From Nitrospinales bacterium (GTDB lineage: Bacteria > Nitrospinota > Nitrospinia > Nitrospinales > JAJDAT01), in assembly GCA_046757665.1 (NCBI GenBank), contig JBHHYO010000003.1, positions 1 to 64,000 of the forward strand: a stretch of 64,000 bases of DNA, read 5' to 3'. Under the pieces are notes generated by a model. It saw only the letters and a program-made list of their open reading frames with translations, was not told the origin of the DNA and made no database searches. Every line of letters starts with the position of its first letter. Within the stretch, counting starts at the first letter, position 1. Shown here piece by piece: positions 21,355 to 29,639 of the stretch. The translations under genes and the position numbers were made by a program.

Positions 21355-21627
21355 TCACTCCTTCCGCAACGATCCGGGAACAACCTCGCAGGTTGCCGCG
21401 CCGGCGCCGGACCCGCTTTTTCTCCGGCAACGCAAATAATACGACCAGCCGAAAAGCAGGCCGGCCAGGGCCAGCAGGGGCCAGTGCAAAAACCCGATAT
21501 CCCGGATGAAGCTTACAGCCCCCGCGCCGAGTCCCAGACCGGCCAAAACGGTGGGGCCCACGCAACAAACAGAGCCGACCCCCGCCGCCGTCAGTCCACC
21601 CAAAAAGGAAATATTTTCTTTTCGCAT
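21355..21627 (-). CDS. MerT-like mercuric transporter, short two-TM form
   Basis: GSVCCVGP TM1 Cys pair followed by LGLGAG; ends before a third TM. Confidence 0.72.
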   Translation of the reverse strand: MRKENISFLGGLTAAGVGSVCCVGPTVLAGLGLGAGAVSFIRDIGFLHWPLLALAGLLFGWSYYLRCRRKSGSGAGAATCEVVPGSLRKE

Positions 21628-21687
21628 TCGTGCCACCTCACAAAATTCTTTCAATGAATGATTCAAACGTTCGCGCTTCGTATTTCG

Positions 21688-22677
21688 TCAATCCGTGCCC
21701 CGCACAGCCTCTGGCCCCCGGTCGCGATCCGGCGGATAAATGGAGTTGATCACGTTTCCAAGCATTTTGGATTCGTTCAGAACGCGGGCTCCCTCGTCGC
21801 CGATAGGGTTCCCCCACATTTGCAAAATACGCAGATTGCGGAAAATCTTCGAACCCGCTATTGCAGTCGCTCCCTCGGCGGTAATTGCGTTCCATTGCAA
21901 ATCCAGTTCCCTTAGATTTTTGAGTGGAGAAGCCCGCGACAGTATTTTCACACCCCCGCTCCCCAAACGGTTTTTTCTGAGGACCAGTTTTTCCAGAAGC
22001 CGCACGGGCGAGTCCGGCAAAGCCTTTATCCCCTCCGGGCCTATATCGTTTTCGGGGACTTCAAAAACCGCAAGCCTGCCGAGAAGCGGCGATCGGATCA
22101 AAGCGGCAAACCCCGCGTCGCCAATGTTGTTTTTTCCCAAAACGAGTTCTTCGAGATGTTTCAATGTTTCGGATTGGGCGATCACTCGGGCGCCCGCGGT
22201 TTCTATGCCGTTTCCCGTCAGGTCCAGAGAAACCAGCCGGGTCAAAACGCTTGAATGCGCCAGGGCACGCGCGCCTGCCGGGCCAATATGACTTCCCCAC
22301 AAATTCAGCTTCCTCAATTGCTTGAAATTTTCGGACCGCGCAATGGCCTTTGCCCCTTCCACTCCAATCTGGTTATTGAACAAATTCAAAACCTCAAGAT
22401 TCTTGAGATACCTGGACTGCGCCAGGGCAATTACGCCTTCATCCGTTATGTCATGTCCTTGCAGAGCCAGGACCTTGACCTTCCCCACCATCCTCGACTT
22501 GGCCAGCAACTTGACTCCCGCGTCCTTGAGAATCCCGCTCCTTTCCATGGCAAGATAGGTGCCGTTTTTCTTAAGATCGCTATAGATCAGGGGATTGATG
22601 TCCAAAGCGGAAGCCGGAATGGGACCTGTCAGCAGAAACCCCAGGGTGGACAAACCCGCCAGTACCGATTTCGTCAT
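21688..22677 (-). CDS. Exported ribonuclease-inhibitor-like leucine-rich repeat protein
   Basis: ~28-aa repeats LxxLxLxxNxIGxxGAxALA; signal peptide from MTKSV (frame is open from 22821). Confidence 0.85.
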   Translation of the reverse strand: MTKSVLAGLSTLGFLLTGPIPASALDINPLIYSDLKKNGTYLAMERSGILKDAGVKLLAKSRMVGKVKVLALQGHDITDEGVIALAQSRYLKNLEVLNLFNNQIGVEGAKAIARSENFKQLRKLNLWGSHIGPAGARALAHSSVLTRLVSLDLTGNGIETAGARVIAQSETLKHLEELVLGKNNIGDAGFAALIRSPLLGRLAVFEVPENDIGPEGIKALPDSPVRLLEKLVLRKNRLGSGGVKILSRASPLKNLRELDLQWNAITAEGATAIAGSKIFRNLRILQMWGNPIGDEGARVLNESKMLGNVINSIYPPDRDRGPEAVRGTD

Positions 22678-22696
22678 AATGACCTTACCCCTAAAA

Positions 22697-22820
22697 AGAA
22701 ACTCTGTAAAAATCCTTGTTTGATTGTCGTTGCGAGGCGGCTCAGCCGACAAAGCAATCCGGAAGGCTGGATCGCCACGCCGCTGGTTGCGGCTTGCAAT
22801 GACGCCGGGATGGCGGCGCA
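22697..22820 (+). mobile_element. Family-A element, copy 2 (degenerate ends)
   Basis: CTTGTTTGATTGTCGTTGCGAGG...GCAATCCGGAAGGCTGGATCGCCACGCCG...CTTGCAATGAC. Confidence 0.75.
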
Positions 22821-24971
22821 CTAAGGGAAATCGTGAACCATCAGATTCACTTCCAGTCCGTCAAGTAAAAAGCCGAAATTCGCGTTGCCCGCCATGGTCG
22901 TAATAATCCCCTTTCGGTCAACCCGGCGAATCCTGTTGTTGATTCGATCGGTAAAATAGAGATCACCTGCCGCGTCAAACACCATGCGGCGGGGATGATT
23001 CAACTGCGCCAGGACCGCGGGGCCGCCATCACCGCTGAAACCGGCTTCACCGGTTCCCGCAACGAGAGTGATGATTCCGTTTTTGTCGATTTTGCGAATC
23101 CGATGGGTTTGTTCCTCGGCGACATACAATTCCCCCGCCGGGGAAACCGCCAGCCCGGAGGGAGAGCGAATGCCCGCCAACAGCGCCGGCCCGCCATCGC
23201 CGAAATCGTCGAAGTCTCCCGTTCCCGCGACGGTCGTGACATTTCCCGCAGTATCGATCTTTCTGATCTTGCTACTGCCGGAATCGGCAACATAAATATT
23301 TCCCCGTCCATCGACGGTCAAACCGTTGGGATGAATATCGCCTTCCAGGTCTCCCCATCGCTTTTCGGCCACCCGGGTGATGATGCCGTTTTTGTCGATG
23401 CGGCGGATGAAGGGGTTGGCGTTATCGGCCACCAGCACGTTTCCTTCCGGGTCCACCGCAAGGTCCCGGATCGCGTAAAAAGAAGCATCAATGGCAGGCC
23501 CGCCATCGCCGCCGGTGCCGACCTTGCCGTTGCCCGCAAACCGGGTGATCTTTCCCCGGGCATCTATTTTTCTTATATTCCAGCCGTTGGCCAAAGGCGA
23601 AACGAGATAGATATTATCCTCGCGGTCGATGGCCAGGGCGGAAGGCCGGAACAAGGAAGCGTAAGCGGCCGGTCCGCCGTCACCCAAATTTCCGGGTTTG
23701 CCGTTTCCCGCAAACCTGGAAATGTATCCGTGGGAATCGATCTTGCGAAGCTCGTGGTGCATCTGATCGGCGAAGACAATATTTCCCCTGCCGTCGATCA
23801 CCAGCCCTTGCGGCCCGTTCAAGGTAGCTCCCAGCGCCTCGCCTTGATCCCCTTTCAATAAAAATTTTCCGTTGCCGGCGATGGTCTCAACCCGGCTCCT
23901 TTGAAACTTCAACCGCCGAACACGAAAATGCGACCGGTCCACGACGACCAGACTGCGGCTCCCCGGCTCCACTTCCAGGGCAAACGGCAGGTGGAGATTG
24001 GTTTCCGAGGCCAGGCCCTGATCGCCGTTGTAATCGGTCTGCCCCGTTCCCATAAGCGTAAAAATAATTCCGTTGGTGTCGACTTTGCGGACGCGGTTGT
24101 TGTTTCGGTCGGCGATGTAAAGGTTGCCCGCATCGTCCACGGCGACATCGGTCGGATAGGCCAGGTTGGCCAAGGTCGCCGGGCCATAGTCGCCGCGGGA
24201 AGCGAACAAGCCGTCTCCGGCCACGGTAATGATGACTCCGTCTCTGCCCACCTTGCGGACCCGGTTATTGCCCCGGTCCGCGATATACAAATTTCCCGCG
24301 CCATCCAGGGTGATTCCAAAAGGAAATTTTAAAAAAGCATCCTCGGCGGGCCCGAAATCGCCGGCAAAACCGGCAACCCCCAAACCCGCGAAAGTCGTGA
24401 TGATCCCCCTGGAATCGACCTTGCGGATTCGGTGATTGGAGCGGTCGGATATATAAATGTTTCCGTCGCCGTCACAGGCCACGTCGGAAGGCAAGTTCAA
24501 GCTCGCTTGCGTCGCCGGCTCTTCATCTCCCGCATAGTCGGCGATGCCGTTGCCGGCGATGGTGGTGATGATCCCGGAAGGATCGACCTTGCGCACCCGG
24601 TGATTGTTGCGGTCGGCAATGAACAGGTTTCCCTGTTTATCGAAGGCCAGCCCCGCGGGGAAGTTGAGCGAGGCTTCCACGGCGGAGCCGCCATCGCCGC
24701 TGAAACCGGCCTTGCCGTTTCCCGCCACCGTTGCGATAATTCCGTTCTTGTCGATTTTCCGGACGCGGTTTTTGGAGCGGTGGGAAATGTAAATATTGCC
24801 TTCGGGATCCACGGCAATGCCGTCCACCAAAGTGAGAATGGCCGAAAGCGCGGACCGCCCATCTCCAACGTCCTTGAAGAACCGCACGGGAGCGGAGATA
24901 GCCTCGCCCACAAAAACCAGCAGTGCCAGGGCGCAAATCAGCCCCCTGTTCAAACAAGTTGTCATTTTCAT
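22821..24971 (-). CDS. Exported NHL-repeat (teneurin-like) double beta-propeller protein
   Basis: About 12 ~56-aa repeats of type RVRKID..GII.T.AG.G..G..GDGG.A..A.L..P; signal peptide. Confidence 0.9.
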   Translation of the reverse strand: MKMTTCLNRGLICALALLVFVGEAISAPVRFFKDVGDGRSALSAILTLVDGIAVDPEGNIYISHRSKNRVRKIDKNGIIATVAGNGKAGFSGDGGSAVEASLNFPAGLAFDKQGNLFIADRNNHRVRKVDPSGIITTIAGNGIADYAGDEEPATQASLNLPSDVACDGDGNIYISDRSNHRIRKVDSRGIITTFAGLGVAGFAGDFGPAEDAFLKFPFGITLDGAGNLYIADRGNNRVRKVGRDGVIITVAGDGLFASRGDYGPATLANLAYPTDVAVDDAGNLYIADRNNNRVRKVDTNGIIFTLMGTGQTDYNGDQGLASETNLHLPFALEVEPGSRSLVVVDRSHFRVRRLKFQRSRVETIAGNGKFLLKGDQGEALGATLNGPQGLVIDGRGNIVFADQMHHELRKIDSHGYISRFAGNGKPGNLGDGGPAAYASLFRPSALAIDREDNIYLVSPLANGWNIRKIDARGKITRFAGNGKVGTGGDGGPAIDASFYAIRDLAVDPEGNVLVADNANPFIRRIDKNGIITRVAEKRWGDLEGDIHPNGLTVDGRGNIYVADSGSSKIRKIDTAGNVTTVAGTGDFDDFGDGGPALLAGIRSPSGLAVSPAGELYVAEEQTHRIRKIDKNGIITLVAGTGEAGFSGDGGPAVLAQLNHPRRMVFDAAGDLYFTDRINNRIRRVDRKGIITTMAGNANFGFLLDGLEVNLMVHDFP

Positions 24972-25017
24972 ACTGCCCGCCAAATCGAAAGCTTCCCGCG
25001 GCAAGCCGTGCAGAGCG

Positions 25018-25449
25018 TCAGGGCGACCGGCTTGCCGTCTTGCCTTCAGCCTCCATCTCAAAATTCTCCAGGATCGGACAGTCGGAAGTCGGCGCGTTTG
25101 TGCGGCATTTCTCGATCAGCCCGGTCAGCGCTTTGCGCATCGATTTCAAGTTCCTGATTTTTTTCTCAACCTCATCCAGCTTGCCCTGGGCCTTCCGCAA
25201 AACCGGTCCGCAGGCCTTGCCCTTGCGCACGCGGAGCTTCAACAGCTCGGCGATTTCCTCCAGGGTAAACCCCAGTTTCTGGGCGTTTTTGATAAAGCGG
25301 ACCCGGGCGGCGTCCGACCCGGTGTAAAGCCGGTAGCCCTTCTCCGAGCGCAACGGCGGGTCGAGCAGTCGCCGGTTCTCGTAATAGCGGAGCGCCTCGA
25401 TGTTGATTCCGCATCGGCGCGCCAATTCGCCGCGTTTCAAGTATCCCAT
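25018..25449 (-). CDS. MerR-family heavy-metal-responsive regulator (Hg-MerR-like Cys triad)
   Basis: HTH GELARRCGINIEALRYYE, GYRLY, LGFTLEEI, KAC and C-x8-C (KCRTNAPTSDCPIL); AGGAGG RBS. Confidence 0.92.
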   Translation of the reverse strand: MGYLKRGELARRCGINIEALRYYENRRLLDPPLRSEKGYRLYTGSDAARVRFIKNAQKLGFTLEEIAELLKLRVRKGKACGPVLRKAQGKLDEVEKKIRNLKSMRKALTGLIEKCRTNAPTSDCPILENFEMEAEGKTASRSP

Positions 25450-25473
25450 GATTCCTCCTGCCTCTCTCTCAAT

Positions 25474-25504
25474 AATATATCCCTGTATCTTGATACAGGG
25501 TCAA
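25474..25504 (-). promoter_or_regulatory. MerR-type promoter/operator upstream of the merR-like gene
   Basis: TTGACC, 19-bp spacer, TATATT; dyad CCCTGTATC-TT-GATACAGGG at 25481-25500. Confidence 0.88.
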
Positions 25505-25556
25505 GGAGAAAATGCGCCGGGGGCGATTTTCTCCCAAGTCCGGCGGGCGGTTGCGG

Positions 25557-26549
25557 TCAGGGCAACCCGCTTTTCAAGTGGAATATCTGAACGCGGTTGT
25601 TGCCCCAATCGACGGCATAGAGCCGGTTTTGCGAGTCCAGGGCGAGGTCGGTCGGCGCGTTGAACCGGCCCGGCTCCTCTCCCTTGCCGCCCCACTGGGC
25701 GAGATACGAACCCTGATCCGAGAAGACCTCGACGCGGTGGTTGTAGAAATCCGCGACGTACACGCGGCCGTCCCCGCCGACGGCAATTCCGGCAGTGACC
25801 CGGAACTGCCCGCCCAGGTACCCGGCGCCCCCCCATTGAAACAGGAACTTTCCCCCGGAGGTGAAAACCTGTACCCGGTTGTTGTAGGCGTCGGAAACGT
25901 AAACCCTGTCTTTCGGCCCCACGGCGATGCGGGCCGGATAATTAAAATTGCCCTCGGCGCCGGGATTGATCATGAAGGAAAAAAACGACCGCACCACATT
26001 GATGGGCCGGTACTCGCCCCATGCCTGCAAAAAGTTCCCCTGTGAATCGAATTTTTGCAGTCGATGATTGTAGGTCTCGATGACGTACAGGTTGTCGTGG
26101 GAATCGACGGCCACGCCGCCGGGGGAATCGAACTGGCCATGCCCTTTGCCGTTGCCTCCCCACTGTTTCAGAAAGCGCCCCTCGGCGTCGAATTTCTGGA
26201 TGCGGTCCAGATCGTAATCGCTGACATACACGTTGCCCCGCGAGTCCACCGCCAGGCCGGACGGTTTTTCAAATTGGCCCGGCGCGTCGCCCTGCCCGCC
26301 CCATTGCCGGACGAATTTGCCGCTGGCGTCGAATTGTTGCACGCGGTGGTTGCGCACGTCTCCCACATAGACCCGGCCCTTGCCGTCAACGGCAATGGCG
26401 TAGGGCTCATCGAACTCGCCCGGCCGCTCGCCTTTTTTGCCGAATGCGTCAACCCCGGAAAACGGCGGCGCCCCGCCCGAACAGCCGCCGAGTAAAAGAA
26501 CAACAAGAAAACCCAAGAGGAGGCAGACCATGCGGAAGCGTTGCATCAT
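25557..26549 (-). CDS. NHL-repeat six-bladed beta-propeller lipoprotein
   Basis: Lipobox LLGGC; repeats GQF..P.G.AVD..G.VYV.D..N.R.Q.F; ATGA overlap with the HMA gene. Confidence 0.88.
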   Translation of the reverse strand: MMQRFRMVCLLLGFLVVLLLGGCSGGAPPFSGVDAFGKKGERPGEFDEPYAIAVDGKGRVYVGDVRNHRVQQFDASGKFVRQWGGQGDAPGQFEKPSGLAVDSRGNVYVSDYDLDRIQKFDAEGRFLKQWGGNGKGHGQFDSPGGVAVDSHDNLYVIETYNHRLQKFDSQGNFLQAWGEYRPINVVRSFFSFMINPGAEGNFNYPARIAVGPKDRVYVSDAYNNRVQVFTSGGKFLFQWGGAGYLGGQFRVTAGIAVGGDGRVYVADFYNHRVEVFSDQGSYLAQWGGKGEEPGRFNAPTDLALDSQNRLYAVDWGNNRVQIFHLKSGLP

Positions 26550-26875
26550 TTGCCTCCCTTCGTTGCGGAGCGCGTGATGGGTCCGGGCGTAAATCCGGCG
26601 TCGTCCACCGCCCGGTTGACCGCCGCGTCGCTGAGCGTGGCGCCGGGCCTGAGATAGAGCTTGGCCACGCCCTGTTTCAAATGAACCTCGACCCGCGCCA
26701 CCCCCTTCAGCCGCTTCAATTTTTTCTCGACGCCATAGGTGCAGAACGGACAAAACATGCCCTTCACTTTTACGGTGATGACCTCCTTGCCGTCCTGCGC
26801 GAAAACGGGCGGCGCCGCTTGCAGGAGAAAGGCGGCCAGCACGGCGATCCAAAAAACGGATTTTGTATTTGTCAT
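26546..26875 (-). CDS. Periplasmic HMA-domain metal-binding protein (MerP-like)
   Basis: Signal peptide; VKGMFCPFC; DAGF. Confidence 0.88.
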   Translation of the reverse strand: MTNTKSVFWIAVLAAFLLQAAPPVFAQDGKEVITVKVKGMFCPFCTYGVEKKLKRLKGVARVEVHLKQGVAKLYLRPGATLSDAAVNRAVDDAGFTPGPITRSATKGGK

Positions 26876-26891
26876 GGAGTCCTTCTCCTTT

Positions 26892-27785
26892 TTAAAAGGT
26901 GTAGCGAAAACTGAACGCAAGCTGATAATCGGATTCCAACTGGTTGCCGTTCAAGTCTTGCACGATCGGAACTTGAATGGAAAACCCGAAAATCGTCTGC
27001 TGATCGACGAACTGGATTCCCGGCGAAAGGAACAGCGTGTTGCCGCCGGAGGCCTCGACGGTACTTCCCCCGGCCGCATTGCGCCGGGTGTAGACGCCAT
27101 TGAGTTCCAGGACGGCATTCCACTGGGTGTAAAGCCCCTCGTCGGGAAACGTCCAGGGCCAGAACCTTCTCTGGTAGGCGAAGTTGTAATTGAATTTGTC
27201 GCCGAAGTCGAAATCATTTGCCTCGCGATTAAATTTGTAGACGACGTTGATGTCCACCTCCTGGGAGAGCGAACCGAAGGTGTACAATCCGCCGGCAATA
27301 AAATCCACGGAGCCGGACCCCAACTGCAAGGGCGCGGGGAGAACGCCCGCGGAGTCGCGCTCCTCATTGTCGCCCGTCGGCAGTTCCAGCCCGCCGATCA
27401 CGGAAAACCGCGAAGTCGTTCCCTTGTAATCCAGGGTATAAAACCGGTACTTGCCCAGAAGCGTGGTGTCGCCCACCCCCTGGTTGCTCCGGGTGGAGCC
27501 GCCGGCGGTTCGCAAATCCTTGTTGATATAAGGCGCCTTCACCAGCACCGCGGCCCGGGACGTAATCCCGTAAACCCCCACCACCGGCAGGGTGAAAACG
27601 TCCAGCTTGCGGTTCCGGCCGGAAGGGTCGTCGGCCTTGCGCACGAACCGCGCCTGAGTGCGCACAATGACCTGTCCCTTGAAGGGAGTGAGGCCGACGT
27701 CGCTGTTGATCGGCGCGGCAAAAACCGGGCCGCCGCAAAACATGAGAACTATTAAGGACGATAATAAAAATTTCGGTTTAAACAT
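26892..27785 (-). CDS. Outer-membrane beta-barrel transporter (MetA-pathway/SphA-like family)
   Basis: Signal peptide, GVGD, LPTG, QLGSGSVD, LSPG, C-terminal FRYTF. Confidence 0.78.
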   Translation of the reverse strand: MFKPKFLLSSLIVLMFCGGPVFAAPINSDVGLTPFKGQVIVRTQARFVRKADDPSGRNRKLDVFTLPVVGVYGITSRAAVLVKAPYINKDLRTAGGSTRSNQGVGDTTLLGKYRFYTLDYKGTTSRFSVIGGLELPTGDNEERDSAGVLPAPLQLGSGSVDFIAGGLYTFGSLSQEVDINVVYKFNREANDFDFGDKFNYNFAYQRRFWPWTFPDEGLYTQWNAVLELNGVYTRRNAAGGSTVEASGGNTLFLSPGIQFVDQQTIFGFSIQVPIVQDLNGNQLESDYQLAFSFRYTF

Positions 27786-27820
27786 AATCGGTTCCTTCCT
27801 TTTTGGACCTTTCAATATGC

Positions 27821-27852
27821 AGTATAGACTCTGTATTTAAGTACAGGGTAAA
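27821..27852 (-). promoter_or_regulatory. Second MerR-type promoter/operator, upstream of the barrel-HMA-NHL genes
   Basis: TTTACC, 20-bp spacer, TATACT; dyad CTCTGTATTTAAGTACAGGG with the same CTGTA-N6-TACAG geometry. Confidence 0.8.
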
Positions 27853-27907
27853 GCATTAACCGGCCGCGTGGGCGGACATTCGGACGAAAGAAAAATGGAG
27901 GAACGGC

Positions 27908-28372
27908 TTAAAGGCGGAAAACGGATTGGAGCAGAAACAGCGGCGGCGTCTTTCCGGCCCGCACATGACCGGACGCAAGGCGGTCCGATGTGGACGATGT
28001 CCGCGGCAGAAGCCCGGCGGCGGCGCAATCGGCGGCACAGGGGAAGGCAATGGATTTGACCGATGGAGCCGAGGGCAGGATTTTCGCTACGGCGATAGTG
28101 GGAAAACGCTTGACTCCCATAACCGAGGCGCAACGGTCCTGGCAACACTGGACATGCGCCGCGCCGCTTTCGCCGCAATTCTTCATGTCCCCATGCCCGT
28201 GCGCCTTCATGGCCGGTATCTTGTGGGAGCAGAAGATTTTGCAACACAGCCGGGCCTCGCCCGAGGCCACGGGAGCCTTGATGGGAAGTATCAAACCCGT
28301 TAAAACGAGGCCGAGAGCCAGCTTGTATGCAAACGATTTTTTAATCATAAAATAGACGGAAACCGATTTCAC
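27908..28372 (-). CDS. Cys/His-rich exported-type small protein (DUF2946-like architecture)
   Basis: Signal-like N terminus, CC/CH clusters, C-terminal PPLFLLQSVFRL; start GTG 28372 or ATG 28348. Confidence 0.6.
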   Translation of the reverse strand: MKSVSVYFMIKKSFAYKLALGLVLTGLILPIKAPVASGEARLCCKIFCSHKIPAMKAHGHGDMKNCGESGAAHVQCCQDRCASVMGVKRFPTIAVAKILPSAPSVKSIAFPCAADCAAAGLLPRTSSTSDRLASGHVRAGKTPPLFLLQSVFRL

Positions 28373-28384
28373 ATGTTCGGTTTA

Positions 28385-28415
28385 AATATACTCCCCGCAC
28401 GGGGCGCAAAGTCAA
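28385..28415 (-). promoter_or_regulatory. Promoter with 19-bp spacer and GC dyad
   Basis: TTGACT, 19 bp, TATATT; CCCCG-CA-CGGGG in the spacer. Confidence 0.55.
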
Positions 28416-28539
28416 TCAAAAAAACACCCGCCGGGAGAAAACCGGGAACCGATGTCCGCCGCCTTATTGAAAGGGAACCTTAGCATAACCCGATACTTCG
28501 CCGCCCTCGGTGTCATCGTAGCTACCATGCGGAGCGGCT

Positions 28540-28703
28540 ATTGCGCTTTCTGTTGTCTGACAGCAGTCAAAAGTTCAGCATATCTCCCGCGGGCGTATGC
28601 CCGCCTGGATTGCTTCGCTACGCTCGCAATGACAGGCAAACAAGGAGACTTGGTGGCTAAAACTTTTTTTCTTTCCTTTGCGTCCTCCGCGCCTTCGCGG
28701 TGA
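28540..28703. repeat. Composite repeat remnants (family D, family-A half, family C)
   Basis: GCAGTCAAAAGTTCAGC...CCCGCGGGCGT shared with 52699-52765; GGATTGCTTCGCTACGCTCGCAATGACA; CTTTGCGTCCTCCGCGCCTTCGCGGTG. Confidence 0.65.
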
Positions 28704-28739
28704 AAATGGTTTCCCCGTAGTTTTTCCCCTCCAGGAAAA

Positions 28740-29639
28740 TTATCCGTCGGTATGATTTAGCGGGTGGTTGTCGAAAAATTTTTGCATGAGGGGAACGATG
28801 CGCTCGTGGGCGTCCTCGACGACGTAATGTCCGGCGTCCGCAAATTCGTGCAATTCGGCTTGGGGAAAATATTCCAGCCAGCGTTCCAGGTAGTGGTCGT
28901 TGAAGCAAAAATCCTTTTTCCCCCAGAGGATCAAAACGGGCCGGTCGGCGAACTGGGTCAATTGCTCCTGCATGGATTTGACGAGGGGGAAGCTCGGCGT
29001 TTTTCGCGACATCGGAATGTCCTGCACGAAGCGCAGGATGGCGACGCGGTTGGCGTAGGTGTCGTAGGGGAAAAGGTAGCCGGCCTTGACTTGCGGGCTC
29101 ATGGGCCGCCGGCAGGCGCGGGAAACCGCCAGGCCCGCGAAGGCGTTCAGGCCGCGGACGGCCAGGGGGCCGAATAGCGGCAGTCGGCACAGGTTGATGC
29201 TCCAGGGAATCTCCCGCGACAGGAAGGCGGCGGTGTTGAACAGCACCAGGCGCTTGACGCGGCCGGGATGGCGGACGGCGTACCCCATGCCGATGGCGCC
29301 GCCCCAGTCGTGCAGAACCAGCGTCAGGCCGGTCAGGCCCAGATGCTCCACCAGCGCCTCCAGGTTGTCGACGTGCCGCGCCAGGGTGTAGTCGTATTGT
29401 TGCGGTTTGTCGGACAGGCCGCAACCCATGTGGTCCGGCGCCACGCAACGGCACTGCTCCCTCAACCCGAGGATGAGGTTGCGGTAATAAAAAGACCAGG
29501 TGGGGTTGCCGTGCAACATCAACACGGCGTCGCCCTGGCCCTCGTCCAGGTAGTGGTATCGCAGGGAGTCCAGGGAGAGGGTTCTGGATTGGAAGGGATA
29601 CAACTCGGCGAACGCCCGCCGTTTGTCATCGGTCACCAT
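28740..29639 (-). CDS. oleB: Haloalkane-dehalogenase-like alpha/beta hydrolase, OleB-like beta-lactone decarboxylase
   Basis: HGNPTWSFYYR, DHMGCGLSDKP, LHDWGG, WGKKDFCF, AGHYVVED; overlaps the oleA stop. Confidence 0.8.
   Translation of the reverse strand: MVTDDKRRAFAELYPFQSRTLSLDSLRYHYLDEGQGDAVLMLHGNPTWSFYYRNLILGLREQCRCVAPDHMGCGLSDKPQQYDYTLARHVDNLEALVEHLGLTGLTLVLHDWGGAIGMGYAVRHPGRVKRLVLFNTAAFLSREIPWSINLCRLPLFGPLAVRGLNAFAGLAVSRACRRPMSPQVKAGYLFPYDTYANRVAILRFVQDIPMSRKTPSFPLVKSMQEQLTQFADRPVLILWGKKDFCFNDHYLERWLEYFPQAELHEFADAGHYVVEDAHERIVPLMQKFFDNHPLNHTDG

Noticed and set aside
22821-24971. Periodic ~168-bp DNA repeats as CRISPR or DGR template
   Set aside because: Degenerate in-frame NHL coding repeats; no identical repeats with spacers, no cas or RT gene
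26550-26852. 5' extension of the NHL lipoprotein ORF
   Set aside because: Overlaps the HMA gene in another frame; the lipoprotein signal starts at 26549
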